Source: an uncultured Nitrososphaerota archaeon (GTDB lineage: Archaea; Thermoproteota; Nitrososphaeria; Nitrososphaerales; Gagatemarchaeaceae). Taken from it: a DNA stretch of 64,000 bases. The notes under the pieces are model-generated. The model was given only the letters and a program-made list of their open reading frames with translations. It was not told where the DNA came from and searched no databases. The stretch lies in contig CAWISW010000003.1 in the NCBI GenBank assembly GCA_963838925.1, positions 384,001 through 448,000 of the forward strand, read 5' to 3'. The translations under genes and the position numbers were made by a program. Shown here one piece after another: positions 57,346 to 64,000 of the stretch; the first letter of the stretch is position 1, and each line of letters starts with the position of its first letter.

Positions 57346-57600
57346 GACATCCACTACCTCACCCCAGACCTCCGCATCATTCCCTTCTGCTCGTTCAACG
57401 TGATTGCCGAGTGGTATCGCGACAAGATCCAGCAAAAGTACGGCCTGCCAATCGAGGCGTGGGAAGCCAAGAACGGCAAGAAGCTCGAAGACGGGCTCTA
57501 CAGAGGAACCCTAAGGCGCGGCGGCCACCACGCAGGCTGCGGATGCGCGGTCGGAGAGCGGGGCGAGGAAGTCCACATCCAGCCTATCACGGGAACTTAG
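57346..57600 (+). pseudogene. 3' fragment of a radical SAM gene, tetraether lipid synthase (Tes)-like
   Basis: DIHYLTPDLRIIPFCSFNVIAEWYRDKIQ...LEDGLYRG with host codon usage but no N-terminal domain. Confidence 0.65.
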
Positions 57601-58090
57601 CTCACATGACCGGCCCGACTATGCGAAGGGCCGAGCAGCAGCGGGCGCAGCGGGGTCTGCGGGAGCCTGTTAAGCTGGGAACGCAGGCTTGAAGAGCAGG
57701 CCTGCCCTCCACGACCTTCAGATTGACTCCTCGGCCCGAGGAACCAAAGGAGTACGCGATGACGGTGGTCAATCTTGATCTGCCTCTTGGAGGACGTTGC
57801 ACCGGAGCAGGAGCCTACTCTCGACATCAGTGAGATTCCTCTCCAGAAGCCCACCGACGGCTCCTCTACTGCCGCACACCCTCTTGCGAGGTTAGCGCAG
57901 CAGCTTCACATGATGCCGTTTCGGCCACCGTTCTTGATGGCCAACCCTCCTGTCTTGTCGACAGGAGAGCACCCGTTGCTCAACCCAGCGGTCGAGTCGG
58001 GATCTTCAGGGGGAAAATTGAATCTCTCCACGTGGGAGGAAAAGGGCCCAGAGCCCGCGTCCCCATGTCTGCGAAGGAAACTTCCGTCCG

Positions 58091-58417
58091 TCACTTCGTC
58101 ACTGTTGCAAGCTCGCCGAGGATTTTCTTGCCCGGGTCGGTAAGGAAGTAGCTCGAGTACGAAGCCTTGCCCTTCCTGTCGTAGGTGAAGCTCACTAGCC
58201 TCATCGCCTTCAACACGCCGAGATGGTATGCAACAAGCGCCTTGTCCTCCTTGAACCTCTTTGCTATGTCGTTGAACGCTATCCCGGGGTTCTCAGCTAT
58301 CAGCAGGAAGGCGTCCAGCCGTATCCGATTTTGCAGAGCGCCATACAGCATCAGCTTGCGCTGTGCCTCCTTGCGGCTGATTCCCTGTAGCTTGCTGCTT
58401 TGCATGCTGCGAGTCAT
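58091..58417 (-). CDS. ArsR-family wHTH regulator
   Basis: ALQN.IRL...AYHLGVL...YFLT. Confidence 0.8.
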   Translation of the reverse strand: MTRSMQSSKLQGISRKEAQRKLMLYGALQNRIRLDAFLLIAENPGIAFNDIAKRFKEDKALVAYHLGVLKAMRLVSFTYDRKGKASYSSYFLTDPGKKILGELATVTK

Positions 58418-58666
58418 TCTCTCACTCCCTCGCTCTTGGATATAAGGCTTTTTAATAGTTAAATGCAGTTTGAACTTCTAAGAACCCAAAAAATGTCTCA
58501 CGCTAAACGAGGTGCCGAAATTGTCCAAAAGTAAACCAACAACTGTCCGTTCCCTTTCCCAAACCCTCCGAGGAACCATGATTTTCAGGAATCACTGAAC
58601 TGGAAGCCTAGAGGGCAAGTTTCGCTAGCTCGTTAGTAGCCAGCCACATTCTCGCCATCGAAGGCG

Positions 58667-58999
58667 TTAAGGTATACCAGGGACGTGCTCCTGGAGCTCC
58701 TTGAGTTCCTGCTTCCCCCGATCTGTCAGGAAATAGCTCGACGACACCGCCTTCCCTTTCCTTTCGGTGGTGAAGCGAACCAGACCGCCTGCGTGAAGGA
58801 TCGCGAGCTCAACTGCGACGTGCGCCTTTTCGACTTTCAACTCCCGGCAAATCTGTCTGAAGCTTACTCCCTGGTTCTTCGCAATCATGAAGAAAGCCCT
58901 CAACCGCATGCGATTGCCGAGCGCCGTGTAGACCGAGAGCTTCGCGTAAGCTTTCTTGAGTTCTGGACCTTCCAACTTGCTCTTCGTGTCCATCGCCAT
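58667..58999 (-). CDS. ArsR-family wHTH regulator (paralog of 58091-58417)
   Basis: ALGNRMRL...RKGKA.SSSYFLT. Confidence 0.8.
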   Translation of the reverse strand: MAMDTKSKLEGPELKKAYAKLSVYTALGNRMRLRAFFMIAKNQGVSFRQICRELKVEKAHVAVELAILHAGGLVRFTTERKGKAVSSSYFLTDRGKQELKELQEHVPGIP

Positions 59000-59170
59000 C
59001 CATGCCTGAGAAAGGGAGGTAGAAATAGATGACCCGTTCTACATGAGAGTTCATATTTTGTAGCCTGTTAGAGGGCCTCCCTCTCCATTTCCGAAAAGGC
59101 CCCTATACTCTTCACAAAGCCCTCAAGGTTTGCCAGGAACCCTTCGTGGTACAGAATTTCTAACCGGAAT

Positions 59171-59195
59171 GGTTCGAATCCCACCGGGCCCGCCA
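59171..59195 (+). repeat. tRNA 3'-end fragment (att-like)
   Basis: GGTTCGAATCCCACCGGGCCCGCCA = T-loop, acceptor and CCA without a 5' half. Confidence 0.75.
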
Positions 59196-59958
59196 TTTCC
59201 TCAGTACCGAACCCCCCTAGCTTTTAGTCGTGGTCAAGGGTTCGAGTCGGAAGGGATTCGCGTGAACCTCCCTTTACTTTTCGAACAACCTGCCCGTCCA
59301 CTCAAGCATCTGCTCCTTGTGACTCTGGAGGAAGGGCATGTTCAGGTAGTGGTGAAGGGACGTCATCATGGTGTGCCCCTGGCTCAGGAAGATTTCGGCC
59401 GCACGCTCTGGGTTCCAGCTTCCGCACTGTCAAACTTTCGGCTGGTGGAGCAGAGCCCAACTTTGAGCCAGCCCGGAAAATATCACCTGCCGAAGAGCCC
59501 AGCAGGCTGTTCATACAGCACTTGCGATTGGTTCCATAGTCGCTTTATACGTAGCTTGCGATTCCACAGACGGAAAAGGTATGCCACCGTTCATGAGAAG
59601 GAAACGCTCGGGTGAGAAAATAGCATTGCGGTATGCGCGTACCTAATTTTTGCGCGTTGCGAGGAAAGCTTGGTGCCTTCTCCCTTTTGTTGCGTCTACG
59701 ATTCTAACGCCTGGGTTTCGCTCGTCATACCACTCGTTGGTCTGATCACTCTGATTTCACCGTGGCTTGAGCTCGAAGGTCAAAAGACGAACGTGCACAA
59801 CTGGGCTCGCGCACTCAGCTCGTGCCGAAGGATTTCGACAGAATCATAGACTCCCGGGAGCTTTAGCGCGTTACAATAGCATCAATGTGGTGACCTGTTA
59901 TGCCGCATGCGCGCTACCGCATTTGACACTGAGTTCCGAATCAGGCGATCTTCGCATT

Positions 59959-60822
59959 TCAGCCATCCAGCATCCCTGCGCCCTCCAGAACCGTAAGGGC
60001 CTTCTCTTTCACAAAGGCGTTTATCGACTTCCAATCTTCCAGGTAGCTGCGCCTAGACTCCGAGGGCAGTTTTATGGCGTTCCGCGCGTTGCGGGGGTCG
60101 GACGTTTCCTTGAACCTCTGGAAAAGCTCGGGCTTCCTGATCCTCGACCCTGTCGCTGATAGCGCGGCGATGATTTCGGAGTCGTCCACCGATATATCGC
60201 TCGAATTGAAGAGCGCGTAGATGTCGAAGATGTCCTTGTAAAGGTCCTTGACCTTCCTGTGCGGCATGATCCGGATCTTGCTAGCTATGATCAGCGCCGG
60301 CGAAAGCACCGGGACCTCCTCCTTGACGTATTCGACCCCGATGTATGATTTCGGCTTCCTCATCTCGTACTTGCCGAAGGCGAGCGTGTTCGAGATGGTC
60401 ACGTAGAACTCCGGGTCGACGTCGCCGGACTTGAAGGACTGGCTGTACCGCTTGAGGAGCGCGACCGTGCACCTCTTCAGTTCGGCGGGGACGGCCGAAT
60501 CGTACCGCTTGAACCTGCCCTCCGACTCCGCGCCGTACCCTACCTCTTTGAGGTCCCGGAAACCGCTGACCTCCCTCAGGATGTTGTGGACGTCCCCGTC
60601 GTTCGAGTAGAAATCGAGGTCTATGCTGAACCTCTGGAGCTCCTGCGGCAGGTAGGCGCGCACGCCGTGCCCCCCGCCGAGACAGAGGGGGCTCTTCGGC
60701 TTCATCAGCCCGCCGGCGCGAAGCTCCTCGATCGTGACCAGCAGCTGGTACTCCCTCTCGACGAAGGACTCCTGCAGCCCCAGCCTCTTTGCTATCTCTT
60801 GTATCTGCCTGTCGGAGACTAT
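59959..60822 (-). CDS. AbiEii-like nucleotidyltransferase toxin (type IV TA); probable ATA start
   Basis: GGG.G...RFSIDLDF, ASK, KDIFDIY; the frame continues upstream (VERE motif) to an ATA overlapping the antitoxin stop. Confidence 0.82.
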   Translation of the reverse strand: MVSDRQIQEIAKRLGLQESFVEREYQLLVTIEELRAGGLMKPKSPLCLGGGHGVRAYLPQELQRFSIDLDFYSNDGDVHNILREVSGFRDLKEVGYGAESEGRFKRYDSAVPAELKRCTVALLKRYSQSFKSGDVDPEFYVTISNTLAFGKYEMRKPKSYIGVEYVKEEVPVLSPALIIASKIRIMPHRKVKDLYKDIFDIYALFNSSDISVDDSEIIAALSATGSRIRKPELFQRFKETSDPRNARNAIKLPSESRRSYLEDWKSINAFVKEKALTVLEGAGMLDG

Positions 60823-61526
60823 GGGAACCCAGACCCCTTCGCTTCCTCCAGCTCCCGGAGAACCTCTTCAAGGACCCCCCTGCTCTTCGCATACGACCTC
60901 AGGAAGTCCGTGTCGACGCTATGGCGGGAGTTTGTGATCGCCTCGGCGACGTTCTCGACGAACACCCTGGACTGCTTCTCCGCGACGGCGTCCACCAGCA
61001 GCTTCTCCGGCCTCGACACCTGCAGCAGCCCGATCTTCTTTGCGGATGCCGTGTTGCGGTCCTCGACTATCCTGGAATTCGAAGTAAAATCCGAGTCCAT
61101 GGCCTTGGAGAGCGTTCGACTGGCAAATCTCCTGAACGCCTTCTGGTTCCCGGTCCTGATCTCGATCTCGGGATCAGGCTCGGCGTCTTTCACGGGCAAC
61201 TGCTTCTCGAGCGCGAGCTCTCCGCCCAGCGATGCATCGCTGAGGCCCTTTCTGGACAGGAACGCCATCGTCAGCTGCGCCTTCTTTGCCCTGTTGGTCT
61301 GAAGCGCTATGAGGAATGGGTAGACCGCATCCACGTCCTCGTCCCTGATCCTGAGCTTCTTCTCCCTGCCCGCCTTCTGGAAGGCCACGAACGGGAAGGA
61401 GGATGCCTTGTATAACGTGGTCGGGTACGACAGGCCAGTTGCCCTGGCCAGCTGGCTCACGCTGAGCTCCCCGTTGAGCGCCAGCTGTTCCAGAAGCCTC
61501 CCTTCAGTACCGTACACGTTTGCCAT
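60819..61526 (-). CDS. AbiEi-like antitoxin (HTH plus C-terminal domain)
   Basis: N-terminal HTH, VSRPEKLLVD, FLRSYAKSRG; upstream of the toxin. Confidence 0.75.
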   Translation of the reverse strand: MANVYGTEGRLLEQLALNGELSVSQLARATGLSYPTTLYKASSFPFVAFQKAGREKKLRIRDEDVDAVYPFLIALQTNRAKKAQLTMAFLSRKGLSDASLGGELALEKQLPVKDAEPDPEIEIRTGNQKAFRRFASRTLSKAMDSDFTSNSRIVEDRNTASAKKIGLLQVSRPEKLLVDAVAEKQSRVFVENVAEAITNSRHSVDTDFLRSYAKSRGVLEEVLRELEEAKGSGFP

Positions 61527-62613
61527 TTTCGGCTTACCTGATGTTCCTTCCAGCGGCTCTACCTATTAAGAGTTTTTAATAGGTTTCCGAACGCAAGCGC
61601 AGTCTCAATTGGCTTGCCAAATCGGCATTCAAGGATTGCCGATCACATCGTCGAGTTCTGCCTCGACAACCATGACGACAAATGCCTACGGAACGATTTC
61701 AGGGAACTCCAACGTGGCCTCGTGAGCGGGTCGCCTTGCACGTATTTTGGAAAGCGGGGCGCAAAAACTTCTAACATTTGCAAGTTGCAACATTTGAAAG
61801 TATGGCGTTCAGGCTAGCTCCGATATCAGGGAAGGGTTTCATCGGAAGGGACCACGGCGACGGACTTTTTGAAGATGGTGCAGAAGGTGCTCGCGACGCA
61901 GGTGCGGGCGCGAGACGAGTCGACCATCCTCGATCTCGATATCCGACCGCAGCGCTCCACAACATGTCCAATCATTTAGAAGGCGATTAAATGGCGGACC
62001 TGCCGAGCCCTGTTGACATAAGGGGGCTCAACAGTTGAGCCCCCGAATTCGGCGGACCAACAGTTGGTCCCCTCGTCAAAGCAGCCCCGGGTCAAAGACA
62101 GGAAGTCTACGGGAAGATCCTGGTTGCCCTTCGAAGGTGGCCAATTCGACGTGATTCACATAGCCTTGCCCGTGGTTATTTGCCCGCTTTCAGCCAGGAA
62201 TTGGCCACCCGATGTGGCCAGGCCCATGCACCAGATGCCTTCAGGTTTGATGTCTTTCGAGAACGGCTTCCTTTGAAGCCACCGGGCTGACCTCGAGAGA
62301 GGGTGTATGGTGATGGAGGGGCGATACTGACCTAGCGCGCTTGACCTGGAGAATTGCGACACATTTCGCCAAGCGCCAAATAACGACTCCGCGCTATGCT
62401 ATCGGAATTCGACTCCGCTTCCTGCAGCGAAACGCGATGTATACGCCGATTCACCTCTCAAACGCCCTGCAAGCGACGCCGCTCCAATCTATCTCTTGGT
62501 GCTTCTCAGCGTGGAGCGTAAATACCAAGCTTGACAGTAGTAAGTGAATGACCGACATACCTTACCTGGAATCTCGAAGTGTGGGGTTAAGGTCTCTCGG
62601 CGGAGAGGGCAGA

Positions 62614-62670
62614 CTAGGCTACGTCCCCCCATCGAGACCGCCTACACCAGGCGGGGATTAAAAGCTCAGC
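62614..62670 (-). pseudogene. tRNA-Trp-like 5' fragment with its upstream promoter
   Basis: CTAGGCTACGTCCCCCATCGAGAC...GGGGATTAAAGC.CAGC nearly duplicates 34700-34756. Confidence 0.7.
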
Positions 62671-62758
62671 AAATGTCAGCTGGTATTCTTCCGCTTATAG
62701 GCCACGCTCATTGGGCTGTTAACCGTCGGCTCCCTGTTCGCGAAACACCGGCGCTAGT

Positions 62759-63373
62759 TCAGCAACATCCCTGCTCAAACTGGACATTGAATGTCTCGAA
62801 ATCCCAAACTTCTTGGGAAATCAGCCAACCACCCCCATAGTATCTGTATGAGTAACTCGCCGAAATAGTTCCGTTGTAGGCTCCTAGAACATGGGCCATT
62901 CCGCTGAAAGCCAGCTCGGCATTTATGGTCGCCGTGTCGTTGGAACTTTGGGTGATGCTTGTGCTGTACGAATATATCACGAAAGAGAAGTTCGACGACT
63001 TACCGAACAACGTGTCCAGAGGAAGTGAGATTTCCTCCACCCCGTTGTAGGTTCCTCCAAGACCTTGAGAAGTGCCGTTCACAATCATTGTTGCGTTCTG
63101 CGCGTAGTCCAGAAGAGCGCCCGTTGTGTTGAGGTCATGAAGCTTCAAGACGTGAGAGAGCCATGCTCCCACAAGATCAGACGATCCAGAGAGCGTTGAA
63201 CGTGTTCCGGCCTGACCCTGGTAACTTGCGATTGAAGAACTAAGACTTCTGTTCGCACCCTGCAACCCACTCAGCTGTAAGTAAAGGGAGCCAGACACTA
63301 TCAGCACTACGACAAGGACAGCAAGTGTTACAAGAATGATGCTTCTTGATGCCGTCGTCCCCGACTGCTTCAT
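62759..63373 (-). CDS. Secreted SnoaL/NTF2-like protein (paralog of 33725-34429)
   Basis: TM; L.G.Y.G...I and GWLISQEVWDF. Confidence 0.65.
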   Translation of the reverse strand: MKQSGTTASRSIILVTLAVLVVVLIVSGSLYLQLSGLQGANRSLSSSIASYQGQAGTRSTLSGSSDLVGAWLSHVLKLHDLNTTGALLDYAQNATMIVNGTSQGLGGTYNGVEEISLPLDTLFGKSSNFSFVIYSYSTSITQSSNDTATINAELAFSGMAHVLGAYNGTISASYSYRYYGGGWLISQEVWDFETFNVQFEQGCC

Positions 63374-63461
63374 TTCCAGATTTGCTCCGTGTTAATCATT
63401 CCTTTTGGCCCTTTGGGCAAACCACTCTTTACTTGTTGAAAGTTCTCCTTAGGAAAGAGAG

Positions 63462-64000
63462 CTAGTATGTACCCAAACTGCTGTCGTAAGTCTGGGTGAA
63501 GTATCCTTCTGTGCTTCCGCAGCAGTTCTCGCTCATGCTACTCGTAGATGTGTCATCAGTGTAGATGCTGGTCGTTATGTTCTCGTTGCGCATGTAGGCA
63601 CCGAAGCCGTAGTCAGAGTTGTAGTTGGGATAAGCCCCTAATTGATGCGACGTTGAACCCAATTCGACATCATAGAAATCAAAGTTGGTGAATTTCGGCA
63701 ATGTATAATATCCCACACCTATCTGGGGGCGTTCTCCGAAAAAGTCAGCAAAGAGTTCCGTGTGGACCTCGCCTCCCGTCGCGTTGTATTCGACCTCGCA
63801 GAACTTGCCGTAGGTTACGTCCTCAAGAATGGTGTAGTATGGGTTGCCCGAGGTGCCGTTAATTTGCAATTCATTGCCGACTTCGGCGTAAATGGAGTCG
63901 CCTTGGCTCATCGAAATATAACCTGAGCAATAGGTCGGAGGAGGGGAATAGTTGTCGTCGCCAGCCCTGAGGTATTCACTGAACCCAACAACAGAAACAT
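63462..64000 (-). CDS. G1 peptidase-like protein, C-terminal part (cut by the window end)
   Basis: SQGDSI, GERP, LPKF similar to 55614-56576. Confidence 0.55.
   Translation of the reverse strand, partial: VSVVGFSEYLRAGDDNYSPPPTYCSGYISMSQGDSIYAEVGNELQINGTSGNPYYTILEDVTYGKFCEVEYNATGGEVHTELFADFFGERPQIGVGYYTLPKFTNFDFYDVELGSTSHQLGAYPNYNSDYGFGAYMRNENITTSIYTDDTSTSSMSENCCGSTEGYFTQTYDSSLGTY

Noticed and set aside
61600-62560. Short ORFs in the island spacer
   Set aside because: No coding bias or motifs; probably decayed sequence.

Overview
Archaeal chromosome segment with a GC-rich core. Gene content points to a non-ammonia-oxidising, probably acidophilic Nitrososphaeria/Thaumarchaeota-type organism (inference). 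Housekeeping genes include tiaS, crcB with a fluoride riboswitch, tfe, aTrm56, hflX, mbf1, nac, a Thermoplasma-like A/V-ATPase operon, class II RNR with an inactive HTH-ATP-cone-NrdD-like neighbour, map, coaD, trpS, pheST, dnaG, pelota and ttuA. RNA genes are intron-containing tRNA-iMet, tRNA-Pro and tRNA-Trp, 5S rRNA, SRP RNA and H/ACA-like sRNAs. The most striking pattern is five free-standing homing-endonuclease-like genes (4 LAGLIDADG-like, 1 HNH), each with its 3' end overlapping or abutting an essential locus (tRNA-iMet, tRNA-Pro, 5S, the SRP promoter, nrdJ). At the two tRNA loci a displaced partial tRNA copy with different intron content lies on the far side of the nuclease gene. Other findings: single secreted-protein cassettes bounded by duplicated tRNA 3' ends; a complete IS6-like transposon (18-bp TIRs, 8-bp TSD) carrying an AbrB regulator, five operator palindromes and a proteasome-beta-like cargo gene; three dispersed homologous micro-protein gene pairs; and an integrase-headed accessory island downstream of SRP RNA.
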